DNA of 64,000 bases from Mobula hypostoma (taxonomy: Eukaryota), in assembly GCF_963921235.1 (NCBI RefSeq), contig NC_086097.1:4464001-4528000 (forward strand), read 5' to 3'. A program made the position numbers and the translations under genes. How positions within the stretch are numbered: position 1 is the first letter of the stretch; each line of letters begins with the position of its first letter. The notes beneath the pieces are model-generated. The model searched no databases. It was not told where the DNA came from and saw nothing but the letters and a program-made list of their open reading frames with translations. Shown one piece after another: positions 1 through 14,086 of the stretch.

Positions 1-374
1 GATTCAAACAGTTTTAGCAGCAGATACAGCAAGCAGCCAGGAATGCTAAGTAGATCTTACTATTTATTGCAAGTAGAGAGACCATGCTTCAGTTCTGTAG
101 GTCTTCAGTAAAACTGTAGTGAGAGTACTATGTTTGTATATTCCAGGCAGGACGTGCCCTCTTCTCATTGCTACCATCAAGGAAGAGGTACAGGTGCCTG
201 AAGACATGCGCTCAATGTTTAGGAAAAGCTTCTTCCCCTCCACCATCAGATTTCTGAACGGACAATGAACCCATGTATACTACCTCACTATATATTTTCT
301 CTCTTTTTGCACTAATTATTTAATTCAATTTTTAAAAATATATTTCTTATTGTTATTTATAGTTTATCATTATC

Positions 375-811
375 CCGTATCGGATCACAAGGCACCCCAG
401 CGGGTGGTGAAAACTGCTAGCGGATTATCGGCACCCAGTTGCCCACCTTTGAGAACATCTAACATAAACGCTGCCTGGGCAAGGCTAAGAGCATTATCAA
501 GGGTACATCTCAACCTAACCATGGACTTTTTACTCTCCTCCCATCCAGTAGGCGCTACAGGAGCCTCCGCTCCCGCACCAGCAGGCTCAAGATGAGCTTC
601 TTCCCTGAGGCTGTGACTCTGCTGAACCTCACATCACAGCGCTAAGCAGTATTGAACCCATATTGTACTGTCTCAGTACTTTTGTATTTGTGTGCTATAG
701 CACTTACGTTTTATTCGCAGTTATTTTGTAAATAACACTATTCTTTTGCAGTTCTGGACAGATGCTAATTGCATTTCATTGGCTTTGTATCTGTATTCAG
801 CACAATGACAA
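375..811 (+). mobile_element. 3' fragment of a Rex1/Babar-like LINE, split by the MITE (tail resumes at 1574)
   Basis: QRVVKTA-like remnant and caataaagttgaatctaatcta tail; paralog at about 33310-33730. Confidence 0.5.
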
Positions 812-813
812 TA

Positions 814-1571
814 CAAAGGGTGATTGATAAGTTCGTGGCCTAAGGTAGAAGGAGTCAATTTTAGAAAACCTAGCACATTTATTTTTCCTACATTTACACA
901 CTTAATCCAGCAGTTGTGGAGCATACGGATCCCTTCTTTGTAGAAATCGGTGTCTTGGATCTCTAGCAAGTGGTCCACAGCAGGGGTGATTGATAAGTTC
1001 ATGGCTTAAAGTAGAAGGAGATGAGAAGAAACTTCAAACTTTCTGCATTTTCACTCAAACAGTTGAACTGTACGTGCATGTAATGAGAGCTGTATAACTC
1101 ATCTCTATATATCTTAGGCCACAATCTTATCAATCACCCCTGCTGTGGACCACCTGGAGGTGCAAGACGCTCTCATTACATACAGATGCAGTTCAATTCT
1201 TTGAGTGATAATGCAGAAGGTTTGAAGTTAATAACTCATCTCCCTCTACCTTAGGCCACAAACTTATCAATCACCCCTGCTGTGGACCACCTGGAGGTCC
1301 AAGACGCTGTCGTTATATGCACGTTCAGTTCAACTCTGAGTGATAATGCATTAAGTTTGAAGTTAGTAACTCATGTCCTTCTACCTTAGGCCATGAACTT
1401 ATCAATCACCCCTGGTGTGGACCACTTCTACAAAGAAGGGATCCGTATGCTCCATGACCGCTGGACTAAGTGTGTACATGTAGGAGGGGAGTATGTTGAA
1501 GAATAAATGCGCTAGGTTTTCTAAAATTGACTCCTTCTACCTTAGGCCATGAACTTATCAATCACCCCTCG
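814..1571. mobile_element. Mariner-derived fold-back MITE (758 bp)
   Basis: TA flanks; inverted ends (C)GAGGGGTGATTGATAAGTTCGTGGCCTAAGG; arms encode a mariner C-terminus (FYKEGIRMLH..W.KC...YVE). Confidence 0.82.
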
Positions 1572-1904
1572 TAAAGTTGAATCTAATCTAATCTAATTCT
1601 GTATTGCAATGTACTGCTGCCACAAAAACTACAAATTTCACAACATATGCCAATGATATTAAACCCAATTTAATATCACTGTTTGGATATGTATAGTATA
1701 CATAGGGAATGTGGAGGGGTGGGTCAGTGGGTATATATGTATAGGATACGTATGGATTGTGGAGGGTGGTTCGTGCATTCATATTCAATGAGTGCATACA
1801 AACTTAAACATCTAAATTATCCCAATAAACCAAGCAGTACTTTCGTGATCTTCTGTTAGTTAACATAAACTGTATTCAATATAATCAATTTTCCAGTGGT
1901 TTAC

Positions 1905-2049
1905 CTTTGATAATTTTACAGGCTGTTCAGATATTCCAGAAAAGTTTGCATAGTTAGTAAATGCATCTTCGATACCCATGGAGCTCAGTAGGGGTTTGAG
2001 TTTGTAAGCTGTCTTCAACGTCATCTTTGGGAAATGCACATCTACAGAT
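1905..2049 (-). CDS. SERPINA1-like: Serpin copy 1, third coding exon (145 nt); last exon lies outside the window
   Basis: Hand translation SVDVHFPKMTLKTAYKLKPLLSSMGIEDAFTNYANFSGISEQPVKLSK; acceptor catgacag, donor AAG|gtaaac; phase fits the previous exon. Not in the ORF track. Confidence 0.92.
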
Positions 2050-2240
2050 CTGTCATGAACATAACACCAGAAGGGTATTGTATCATCTCACGTTTTCTCA
2101 CATCTTAGTTTTTTAAACTTTAACTGATAAATAAATTAAACTAACACAAAGGAAATCTAAAAATTAGTGCAACACACACAAAATGCTGAAGGAAAACAAC
2201 AGATCAGGCAGCATCCATGGATTCAAGGTTCAGGTTCAAG

Positions 2241-5200
2241 GTGGAAAGCAGCCAGTGAGTGAGTGGGCCAGTGAAGGAGTGGAGCTTTAAGGCTTTGACT
2301 CGAGAGATTCTGGCAGTTTTGGTAGTTGGTCTGTGCAATCAAGTCAATCAAGATTTGAATATATCAGCAGAAAGCCGTTGATTAGACCATCAAGATTTGA
2401 ATAGCTCAGACTCAGCAGAAAGCAACTGATTGGGCAATCGAGGTAAGGTGACCAAGCATTTTGAAAAGCTCAAACAGATTAAATAGAGGGATAGCTCAAG
2501 CAGAGTGGCCTGTGGAAAGTGTCCAGTGAGTGAATGGGCCAGTGAAGGAGTGGAGCTTTGAGGCTTTGACTCGAGAGGTTTTGACGAGAAGAGGCGGAGG
2601 ACGAGCTAGCTCGCAGTTAGTCTTTACAATGCCTCCTGAGACGGTGATGTGCCTATCATGTGAGATGTGGCAGTCTTGGGGGAACGCCCCTCTCCTGCAG
2701 AGTCACATCTGCCAGAAGTGCATACGGCTGGGTGATCTGGAAGACCGTGTAAGGAATCTGCAGCAGCAGCTGGATGACCTTCATCTCATAAGGGAGAATG
2801 AGGCAGTCATAGATGAGAACTACAGGGAGGTAGTCACACCTAGGCTGTTGGAAGCAGGTCGTTGGGTGACAATCAGAGGGGGGAAAGCGAAGATGAGCAG
2901 ACAGGTAGTGCAGAGCACCCCTGTAGCCATTCCCCTGAATAATAAGTTTATCGTCCTGGATACTGTTGGCGGGGACAACCGACCAGGTGTGAGCCACGGT
3001 GGCAGGGCCTCCAGCACTGAGTCTGACCCGGTGGTGCAGAAGCGTGGGACGGAGAAGAGGAGAGCTGTCGTCATTGGAGACTCTATAGTCAGGGGAGAAG
3101 ACAGGAGATTTTGTGGACGTGAGAAGGACACCCGCATGGTTTCTTGCCTCCCGGGTGCCAGGGTTCAGGATGTCTCTGACCGGGTGCACAACATCCTGGT
3201 ACGAGAGGGAAAGCAACCAGAAGTCGTGATACATGTTGGCACCAACGACATAGGCAGGAAGAAGGATGAGATCCTGAAGTGTGAGTTTCAGGAATTAGGC
3301 AGAAGGCTGAAGAACAGGACCTCAAGGGTGACGTTCTCAGGATTGCTGCCAGTGCTACGTGACAGTGATGGTAAGAATTGGAGGGGATAGCAGTTGAATT
3401 TGTGGCTGAGGAGTTGGTGCAGGGAGCAGGGTTTTAGATTTTTGGATCATTGGGACCTCTTCTGGGGAAGGTGGGACCTGTACAGATTGGATGGCTTGCA
3501 CCTGAACTCGAGGGGGAGCAATATCCTTGCAGGTAGGTTTGCTAGCATGGTTCGGGAGGGTTTAAACTAATTTGCAAGGGGGATGGGACCCAGAGCGATA
3601 GAGCAGTGAAAGAAGTGCATGGAGTAAAGCCAGATCTAACATACAGAGAGGCTTTGAGGAAAGAGAAGCAGAATAAACGGTGTAAAGACAGTAAGGTAGA
3701 AGGGCTGAAATGTGTGTACCTCAATGCAAGAAGCATCAGGAACAAAGGTGATGAACTGAGAGCTTGGATACATACATGGAATTATGAAGTAGTGGCCATT
3801 ACAGAGACTTGGCTGGCACCAGGGCAGGAATGGATTCTCAATATTCCTGGATTTCAGTGCTTTAAAAGGGATAGAGAGGGGGGGAAGGGGAGGAGGGGTG
3901 GCATTACTGGTCAGGGATACTATTACAGCTACAGAAAGGGTGGGGAATGTAGCAGGATCCTCTTTTGAGTCAGAATGGGTGGAAGTCAGGAACAGGAAGG
4001 GAGCAGTTACTTTATTGGGGTTATTCTAGAGGCCCCCGGTAACAGCAGAGATACAGAGGAGCAGATTGGGAGGCAGATTTTGGAAAGGTGCAAAAATAAC
4101 AGGGTTGTTATCATGGGTGACTTTAACTTCCCTAATATTGATTGGCACCTGATTAGTTCCAAGGGTTTAGATGGGGCAGAGTTTGTTAAGTGTGTCCAGG
4201 ATGGATTTCTGTCACAGTATGTGCACAGGCCGACTAGGGGGAATGCCATACTAGATCTAGTACTAGGTAATGAACCGGGTCAGGTCACAGATCTCTCAGT
4301 GGGTGAGCATCTGGGGAACATTGAGCACTGCTCCCTGGCCTTTAGCATTATCATGGAAAAGGATAGAATCAGAGAGGACAGGAAAATTTTTAATTGGGGA
4401 AGGGCAAATTATGAGGCTATAAGGCTAGAACTTGTGGGTGTGAATTGGGATGATGTTTTTGCAGGGAATTGTACTATGGACATGTAGTCGATGTTTAGAG
4501 TTCTCTTGCAGGATGTTAGGGATAAATTTGTCCCAGTGAGAAAGATAAAGAATGGAAGGGTGAAGGAACCATGGGTGACAAGTGAGGTGGAAAATCTAGT
4601 CAGGCGGAAGAAGGCAGCATACATGAGGTTTAGGAAGCAAAGATCAGATGGGTCTATTGAGGAATATAGGGAAGCAAGAAAAGAGCTTAAGAAGTGGCTG
4701 AGAAGAGCAGGAAGCGGGCATGAGAAGGCCTTGGTGAGTAGGATAAAGGGAAACCCCAAGACATTCTTCAATTATGTGAAGAAAAAAGGATGACAGGAGT
4801 GAAGGTAGGACCGATTAGAGATAAAGGTGGGAAGATGTGCCTGGAGGCTGTGGAAGTGAGCGAGGTCCTCAATGAATACTTCTCTTCGGTATTCACCAAT
4901 GAGAGGGAACTTGATGATGGTGAGGACAAAATGAGTGAGGTTGATGTTCTGGAGCATGTTGATATTAAGGGAGAGGAGGTGTTGGAGTTGTTAGAATACA
5001 TTAGGACGGGTAAGTCCCCGGGGCCTGATGGAATATTCCCCAGGCTGCTCCACGAGGCAAGGGAAGAGATTGCTGAGCATCTGGTTAGGATCTTTATGTC
5101 CTCGTTGTCCACGGGAATGGTACCGGAGGATTGGAGGGAGGTGAATGTTGTCCCCTTGTTGAAAAAAGGTAGTAGGGATAGTCCGGGTAATTACAGACCA

Positions 5201-6562
5201 GTGAGCCTTATGTCAGTGCTGGGAAAGCTGTTGGAAAAGATTCTTGAAGGTAGGATCTATAGGCATTTAGAGAATCATGGTCTGATCAGGGACAGTCAGC
5301 ATGGCTTTGTGAAGGGCAGATCGTGTCTAACAAGCCTGATAGAGTTCTTTGAAGGGGTAACCAGGCATATAGATGAGGGTAGTGCAGTGGATGTGATCTA
5401 TATAGATTTTAGTAAGGCATTTGACAAGGTTCCACACGGTAGGCTTATTCAGAAAGTCAGAAGGCATGGGATCCAGGGAAGTTTGGCCAGGTGGATTCAG
5501 AATTGGCTTGCCTGAAGAAGGCAGAGGGTGGTGGTGGAGGGAGTACATTCAGATTGGAGGATTGTGACTAGTGGTGTCCCACAAGGATCTGTTCTGGGAC
5601 CTCTACTTTTCATGACTTTTATTAACGACCTGGATGTGGGGGTAGAAGGGTGGGTTGGCAAGTTTGCAGACGACACAAAGGTTGGTGGTGTTGTAGATAG
5701 TGTAGAGGATTGTCGAAGATTGCAGGGAGACATTAATAGGATGCAGAAGTGGGCTGAGAAGTGGCAGATGGAGTTCAACCCAGAGAAGTGTGAGGTGGTA
5801 CACTTTGGAAGGACAAACTCTAAGGCAGAGTACAAAGTAAATGGCAGGATACTTGGTAGTGTGGAGGAGCAGAGGGATCTTGGGGTACATGTCCACAGAT
5901 CCCTGAAAGTTGCCTCACAGGTGGATAGGTTAGTTAAGAAAGTTTATGGGGTGTTAGCTTTCATAAGTCGTGGGATAGATTTTAAGAGTTACGATGTAAT
6001 GATGCCGCTCTATAAAACTCTGTTTAGGCCACACTTGGAGTACTGTGTCCAGTTCTGGTCGCCTCACTATAGGAAGGATGTGGAAGCATTGGAAAGGGTA
6101 CAGAGGAGATTTACCAGGATGCTGCCTGGTTTAGAGAGTATGCATTATGATCAGAGATTAAGGGAGCTAGGGCTTTGCTCTTTGGAGAGAAGGAGGATGA
6201 GAGGAGACATGATAGAGGTGTACAAGATAATAAGAGGAATAGATAGAGTGGATAGCCAGCGCCTCTTCCCCAGGGCACCACTGCTCAATACAAGAGGACA
6301 TGGTTTTAAGGTAAGGGGTGGGAAGTTCAAGGGGGACATTAGAGGAAGGTTTTTTACTCAGAGTGGTTGGTGCGTGGAATGCACTGCCTGAGTCAGTGGT
6401 GGAGGCAGATACACTAGCGAAGTTTGAGAGACTACTAGACAGGTATATGGAGGAATTTAAGGTGGGGGCTGATATGGGAGGGAGGGTTTGAGGGTCAGCA
6501 CAACATCGTGGGCCGAAGTCCCTGTACTGTGCTGTACTATTCTGTGTTCTATGTTCTATGTT
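2241..6562 (+). mobile_element. Near full-length CR1 LINE, disrupted, specific to unit A
   Basis: ORF1 2530-3390 (CxxC...CxxC, coiled coil, GDSIVR/PGA/HVGTND); ORF2 pieces 3606-6391 with ITETW, MGDFN, SPGPDG, DFSKAFD, PQGS, FADD; (TTCTATG)n tail; absent at 35000-35020 in unit B. Confidence 0.93.
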
Positions 6563-6689
6563 CAATGTTCAAGATTGCTTTATATAATTTCCAGTACACA
6601 AGTCCAAAGGAGAAAGAAGTAATTGCAGCTCCGGGTCTGATGCAGCTGCAAAAGAACACATTAAGACAAACACAATAACTGGAAAAGAT

Positions 6690-9590
6690 AGAGGAGGTAA
6701 AAGGGGGTGGGGTGCGGGATGCGGGGAGCAGCACTACTAATCAGGGACAATATCACAGCTGTACTCAGGGTAGACAATGGAGGGGTCAGATGTCAGATGC
6801 TGAGTCATTTGGATAGAACTCAGGAATAGGAAGGGTGCAATCACACTGATGGGATTGTACCACTGACCCCTAATAGCCAACGGGACATTGAGGAACAGAT
6901 ATGTAGTCAGATTAAGGAAATGTGTAAAAATATTAGGGTCGTTGTCATGGGGGATTTTAAACTCCCTAATATAAAATGGGAGCTTCTTAGTGTAAAGGGT
7001 TTAGATGGGGCAGAATTTGTTAAGTGTATCCAGGAAGGTTTCTGAAATCAATATATGGACAGTCCAACGTGAGGAGCGGCCGTACTGGACCTGGTGTTGG
7101 GTAATGGGCCTGACCAGAGGTGACTGACCTTTCAATGGGTGAACAGTTAGGCAACGGTGACCTCAACTCCTTGAATTTCAGGATAGCGATAGATAAGAAC
7201 AGGTATGGTCTTTGTGGGAGAGCTTTAAATTGGAATAGGGCAAATTAAGAGGATGTTAAGCAGGAACTAAGAAGCGTTATTTGGGAACATCTTTTCTCTG
7301 GAAAGTCCACATCAGACATGTGGAGTGTGTTTAAAGATGAATTGTGCAGAGTGCAGGAAAGATATGTTCCTGTTAGAAGGAAGGACAGGGTTGGAAAGAT
7401 AAGAGAACCTTGGATGTCAAGAACTGTGATGAATTTAGTCAGGAAGAAAAAGAAAAAGTATGTAAAACTTCAAAAGTTAAGATCAAATGAAGCACATGAG
7501 GAGTACAAAGAAGCCAAAAAAGAACTTGAGATGGGAATTAGGAAAGCCAGGAGAGGCCATGAAAAGTCCTTGGCAAGTAGGATTAAGGTGAATCCAAAGG
7601 AATTCTGTACTTACATCAAGAGCAAAAGGATAATGAGGGAGAGAGTGGGATCACTCAACGATAAAGAGGTGAACATTTGCAGAGATGCAGAGAATCTGAG
7701 TGAGGTACTTAGTGAGTACTTTGCTTCAATATTTATCAAGGAAAAAGGATTTGGAAGATCAGGGGATCAGTACTGCATGTATATTTACATTATATTTACA
7801 TGTATATTTACAGAGTTCAAGGAGAAGGAAGTGTTGGGCCTTCTGATGAGAATTAAGGTGGATAAGTCCCCAGGACCTGATGGGATTGAAGGATGCAAGA
7901 GACGAGATTGCTGGGCCCTTGACGGATATCTTCATGTCCTCTCTGGCCACAGGCAAGGTCCCAGAGGACTGGCGAGTGGCTAATGTTGTGCCTTTATTTA
8001 AGAAGAGGCAAGGGAAAATCCTGTGAACTACAGACCAGTGAGTCTCATGTCAGTTGTCAGGAAATTGCTGGAGAAAATTCTTAGGGATAGGATATATGAG
8101 CATTTGGCCTAATTAGGGAGAGTCAAGTGGCTTTGTATGGGGCAGGTCGTGCCTTACCAACTTGATTGAGTTTTTTGACAAGGTGACGAGAGAGATTGTT
8201 GAGGGAGGGCAGTGTCTACATGGATTTTAGGAAGACATTTGACAAAGTCACTCATATAAGACTAATCCAGAAGATTAAAATGCATGGTGATTTGGCTGTT
8301 TTTATTCAAAACTGGCTTGCTCATAGAAGACACAGGGTAATGGTTGAAGGGACTTATTCCATAAGACCATGAGACCATAAGACACAGGAGCAGAGATTCG
8401 AGCTGGAGGTCTGTAATTAGCGGCGTTCCACAGGGATCTGTGCTGGGACCTCTGCTGCTGTGATGTTTATAAATGACCTGGATGAAACTGTAGGTGGGTG
8501 GTTTAGTAAGTTTTCAGATGTACCAAGATTGGTGGAGTTGTCGATGGTGTAGAAGACTGGAGCATTGGAGGTTGAGAGGAGACCTGACTGAGGTTTACAA
8601 GATTATGAAAGGCATAGATCCTGAAGGCATAGAGGGACTATCTGTTTACCAGGGTTGAAATGTCTCATGCCAGAGGGCATGCATTGAAGGTGAGAGGGGG
8701 TAGGTTCAAGGGGGCTGTGAGGTGTAAGTTTTATACCTAGAGAGTCATAGGAGCCTGGAATGCGCTGCCTGGTATGGTGGTAGAGGCAAATACATCAGAG
8801 GCTATTAAGAGATGTATGGATAGGCACATGGATGTAAGGAAGATGGAGGGATATGGACATGGTGTAGGTAGGAGGGATTCGTGTTTGGTTGTTTTTGATT
8901 TGCATTTTAGCTGGTTTGGCACAACACTGTGGGCCGAATGGTCTCTTCGTGTGCTGTCTATGCTCCATCATGACTTGTGTCACTGGTAATAAATCTGACT
9001 CTGAAGAAGGCATTTGGCTTGTTTGTCTTCATTAGTCCTTGAGTTCAAAAGTTAGGAGGTTATGTTGCAACTTTATAAAACTCTGGTTAGGCCACATCTG
9101 GAGTATTGCATACAGTGCTGGTCACCTCATTATAGGAAGGATGTTGAGGTTTTGGAGAGAGTGCAGCCGAAGTTTACCAGGATGCTGCCAGGATTAGAGA
9201 GCATGTGCTATAATGAGACGTTGGATGTACTTGGTTTTCTTTTCTGTGGAGCAGTGAAGGCTGAGATGAGATGTGATAGCAACGAATGGCCTGTTCCTGT
9301 GCTGCACTGTTGAATGTCCTATTTTCTATGTTGCCCCTTTGGAGTAGAGATAAGGAGGAACTTTGTTAGTAAGAGGGTGGTAAATCACTGCCAGGGATGA
9401 CTGTGGGGATCAAGTCATTGAGTATATTTAAAGTGGAGGTTGATAGGTTCTTGATTAGTCAGGGCATCAAAAGTTACAGGGTGAAAGCAAGAGAATGGGG
9501 TTGAGAGGAATAATAAATCAACCATAATGGATTGGTGGGGCAGATATGATGGGCTGAATGGCCTAATTTTGCTCCTGCGTCTGATGGTCT
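6690..9590 (+). mobile_element. Old degenerate CR1 fragments predating the duplication
   Basis: APE/RT remnants (MGDF, SPGPDG, RPHLEYC); shared with 35160-36037 plus 41958-44400. Confidence 0.8.
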
Positions 9591-9670
9591 TTCCATCATG
9601 GTAATTTTTTTAGTTCACTTGTACAACTAGAAAATAATAATAACATTAAACTTGTTTTAATTGAACTTAC

Positions 9671-9941
9671 TGCTTTTGCATTGACAACGAGAGATGATCA
9701 AATCTTTGAACGGTCAGTTTCCGCTCCAGCTCTGCCAATTTTCCAGATTTCGGTAGCAAAATCAATAGGGAGGTATTTCCTGCATATTCCATCAGAAGCG
9801 CATCACTGGAGAGGTCCTCGGCATATGTCCAGTAATACATTCCTGTCCTTCTCATCATGTGAACTCTCACTGTTGTTCTGTCGTCGACATGAAAATCAGC
9901 TTCATAAGTGTGCTTAGTGTCAAAAGGCTGCAACCATTCAC
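9671..9941 (-). CDS. SERPINA1-like: Serpin copy 1, second coding exon (271 nt)
   Basis: tttctccag|GT GAA TGG completes FKG-EW; motifs PFD, FHVD, VRVHMM, LILLP; donor CA|gtaagt (phase 2). Confidence 0.93.
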
Positions 9942-12900
9942 CTGGAGAAATCAAAGAGATAAGCGTACTCAGGTAATTTGAAGACCCTGACCTGGAGTTA
10001 CACTCTGACTTCGGTTCTTTGCAGGAATGGGACCTGCTCATGCGGCCTCATAACTGTCGGCTTTTCGATATGCCAAGGACATGGCCTGGAAGACTAACGT
10101 GCCTCCGGGGTGCCGGATTTTTGTGGCTCTGGAGACGGGCTGATTCAAGGCCAGTGCTGCCACCGATGACGACTGATGTGTCACAGGAGAATGAGGAAGA
10201 TCGGAAGCAGCAGGCTGGCTGCTGGCTGTGTGCCCAGAGGCACAGAGCTCGGAAAAAGCGATGCAACAGACTTTTAACACCGTAGATCAACGAGTTGTTC
10301 TGCTACGTCTCCCCTCTCGCTGTGAAACGGGGACACCTCTTTTTCCCTCATTAGAGAAAGAGAGCCTGTGGTATGTCGAATACCGGGTGAGCGAGTAGTC
10401 TTTGGGCAAGTCTGTGTCTTTACTGATGCTTTGCTGCATGCTTGAGTGGGGCGCCACCGATTAAGGGGAATGTGAAGGGAAACTCCTTCACTCAGAGGGT
10501 GGTGAGGGTGTGGAAGTAGCTGCCAGTGCAAGTGCTACATGCAAGGTACTTGGATGGGAGGGGTACAGAGGGCTCTGGTCACGTGCAGCTCGATGGAAGG
10601 AGGTGGTTTACATGGTTAGGCTCAGATCAGATGAGCCAGATGAGACAAATGGCTTATCTCTGCTGTGCTTTTCTATGGCTTCTTATACCTTGCCTACTGT
10701 CTCAAGGCTGGGTGTGTCTGCCCCTGTACCAAGCCCACCCCCACCCATGACACTCCTTCTGTGCCATCGGTCCCACACTCCTTCTGCTGCCCTCCACCCT
10801 CCCCATTCCCAACATCCTTTCCTCCCGCCAGATTTACAAACTTGTTCTCCACTGCACGTTAACAAATACAGAACTGTGCAAAGGTCTTAGGTACACGAGC
10901 TATATGTATGTGCCTGAGACTGTCACACAGAACCGTAGCTGGACACAACATCATTGCCAAATGGCCTTTTCTCTGCTGTAACGTTTTCTGTTCAAACCAA
11001 TTTCCTGGCCATGATTTTATTCCTTTCTTGATGTTAACCAACAGACTGTAATCGGAAACACAAGAGGTTCTTTAGTTTCTGGAAATCCAGAGCAACACAC
11101 AAAAAAATGCTTGAGGAACTCAGCAAGTCAGGCAGCATCTGTGGAGGAGAATGACCAGTTGACATTTTGGGCCAAGCCCCTTCTTCAGGCTGATAAAGGA
11201 AGGAGAGGGGGTTGGAGAAAGAAGTTTGAGCTGGCAGATGATAGGTGAAACCATGTGAAGATGAAGGTGATTAAGTGGGACATGGGAGATGAGGTGAGAA
11301 GCTGGGAGGTGATGGGTGGAAGAGGTAAAGGGTTAAGAAGAAGGAGTCGGATAGTAGAGGAGAGTGTACCATGGGAGAAAGGGGAAACAGAGTGAGGTGA
11401 TGGAGAAGAAAATGGGTAAGAAGTGAGACAAAATGGGGAATAGCAGAAGAGAGAAGAGGGAGGTGGGAGAAATGACCAGAACTTGAGGTTGATGTTCAGA
11501 TTAATCTTGTCTTTTCTCTATGTTCAGTACGCAGAGCAACACACTTATAATGATATTGATGCTGCCAGTGGGAAATAAGCAACGTGCTAACTAGAATGCT
11601 AAAAGTGATCAGTGTGGGTACAGAATGTAAACCACAGGTACAGAACAGTTTCTCTACCTCTACTGAATTACAAATACTGCTAACATCCACTGAGGAATGG
11701 AATTGCTCTTTGCAGAAATTATAAAAGGAAATGGAGCCAATAACTTATTTTGTTGTTAGTCGCCCTTATTGAATCAATTGCTAGTTAGACACACGTCTCA
11801 AAGTAATTCATTGGGTTTGATGATTTTTGTGTCATATTGAGAACTTGTAGGTAGTGCAAGTTCTTTCCTTGAATACTCCCGTCTCTACCAATGACTCAAT
11901 CAGTGCGCCATGTCTGATCATGAGTCTTCTTAACAATGAAACTATAATTTGAATGAACAAGCGCCAAAAAGGAAAAGGAAAACAAACAAGAGAAACAGAC
12001 CATAAGATATAGGAGCAGAAGAAGGCTATTTGGCCCATTGAGTCTATTCTACCATTTCATCATGTTTGATCTATTTCCCTCTCAGCCCCAATCTCCTGCC
12101 TTCCCTCCTGTAACCCTTTATGCCATAACCAATCAAGAGTCTATCAATCTCTGCCTTAAATATACCTCATGACATAGTTTGAAATATGACCCAAAGATAG
12201 TTTGATGTAAGAGAGTTTCGAGCGGATCAAAGTAAAACTCATATCGGAGGAGAGATGGACAGAGATGTTTATGTTTGACTTTATTTATTTGGCGATACAG
12301 GGCAGAGTGGGCCCTTCTGGCCCTTCGAGCCACACCATCCCAGCAACCCCCACCACCCACAAACCCAATTAATCCTAACCTAATCACCAGTCAATTTACA
12401 ATCACCTATTAACCTATCCGGGACGACTTTGGAAACTGGAGCACCCAGAGGAAACCCACGCGTTCCATAGGAATGATGTACAGAGGCTCCTTACAGAACA
12501 GAATTCCAAACTCTGGAATGTCACACTAGCCGCTACCCTACTGTGGTGCCCCTGTGTGTGAGAGATGCACAGGATCAAGGATCAAGGATCAAGGAGAGGT
12601 GTACAAGATGGAGAACAGAGAGAGATCTGCAACTCCAGTGCATAACTTTAAAAATATGTGGAACTTCCTGGTGGTCAAACTTTTTAATTTCTCCTTTCCT
12701 CTTCCAATATGTTGGTCCATGGCTTCCTCTTGTGCCATGATAAGGCCATCCTCAGTGTGGAGGACTAACACCTTGTATTCCATCTGGGTGACCTCCAACC
12801 TGATGGAAGGAATATCAATTTCTTTTTACAGTTTAAAAAAAACGTTTACCTCCTCCTCCCCTTTACTATTCCCCTCCCTGTCCTCTTACCTGTTCTCACC

Positions 12901-14086
12901 TGACTGTCACCCCCCCCATGGGTCACCTCTTCATTCCTTTTCTCTCATGGTCAACTGTCCTCTCATATCAGATTCCTTCTTCTCCAGCCCTTTACCTTTC
13001 CTATTTACCTGGCTTCACCTATCACCTTAGCTATCTTCCTTCCCCATTTTTTATACAAGCATCTTCCCCTTTCCTTTCTAGTCACAAAGAAGCTCTCAGC
13101 CCAAAGTGTCGACTGTTTATTCATTTCCATAGATGCTGCCTGACCTGCTGAGTTCCTCCAGTATTTTGCATGTGTTGCTCTGGTTTTCCAGCATCTGCAG
13201 TATCTCATAATTATTAAAAGTAAAATATAACCAAACAAATATTGCGTTCTTTGGATTAATGTTTCAAATACCTAAAATAAAATAAATATATTGTCCTGAA
13301 AATTGATTACTGTTCAATTCACTTTAAGTTATCTGAGAAATAATTTTTTATAAATAGAATATAGTTCTAAGTTTTCTGGTTCACTAACAATAATCTTGCA
13401 TAGAGCCACACAAATTAACAATGCATTCAGAAATGTTTGAATTACAAGTTATTCTGACATCATCAATTTTGGGACATCAGTGTAAAAAATGGGAATTCAT
13501 GCACTGATGTATAAACTTTTAAATGATTAGATTTTTAAATTCTTGCATTGCAAAACAAGGGTGGTGGGGTGGAGAGACATCTCTACCAAAGGAAGTGTAA
13601 GGCCCTCCTTCCTTTCATGAGCTTGCAGCTACCCTAGGCAAGGTGCAGCACCTACTTAGACTCCACCCCCCCACCCCATCCCATCAGGGTCATGTGAAGC
13701 CACGGGAGCAGGTAGTGGGTGGTCGTATGAGCAGCTGGTGCATATCACAAGTCCTGGATATGCAACCACTGACACTAGGCAGATAATCTCTGAAGAGTAT
13801 TGATAATGACTGGGCTCACCCATCTTGTAAAGACACTGCCCAGAAGAAAGCAATAGCAAATCACTTCTGTGAAAAAATTTGCCAAGAAAAATCATGGTCA
13901 TGGAAAGACAATGATCACTCATGTCATACAACACAGCGCATAAAAAACAAACAATTGCAAAACACCCCTACCCTCACAGAGCATATAGAGATGTTTAGAA
14001 ATTGTCCTACTCAAGAAACAGAAGTTGAAGCATCAACTGATTCAGTCATTAAATGATGTGTGTTTAACATCCAAATGACATCTTAC

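Noticed and set aside
814..1571. Regularly spaced repeats resembling a CRISPR array
   Set aside because: Spacers are not unique, repeats occur in both orientations, and they are mariner TIRs in eukaryotic DNA.
9942..10041. ORF-track N-terminus MSRSHSCKEPK (also 44755-44854)
   Set aside because: Intronic read-through upstream of a canonical acceptor; serpin similarity starts at GEW.
9965..10890. Short ORFs conserved between 10019-10890 and 44832-45703
   Set aside because: Conservation reflects the recent duplication of repeat-derived intron DNA; no recognisable domain.
14064..14086. ORF-track C-terminus KMSFGC-stop suggesting a truncated serpin (also 51834-51856)
   Set aside because: Lies past the GT donor; splicing continues the frame into the next exon.
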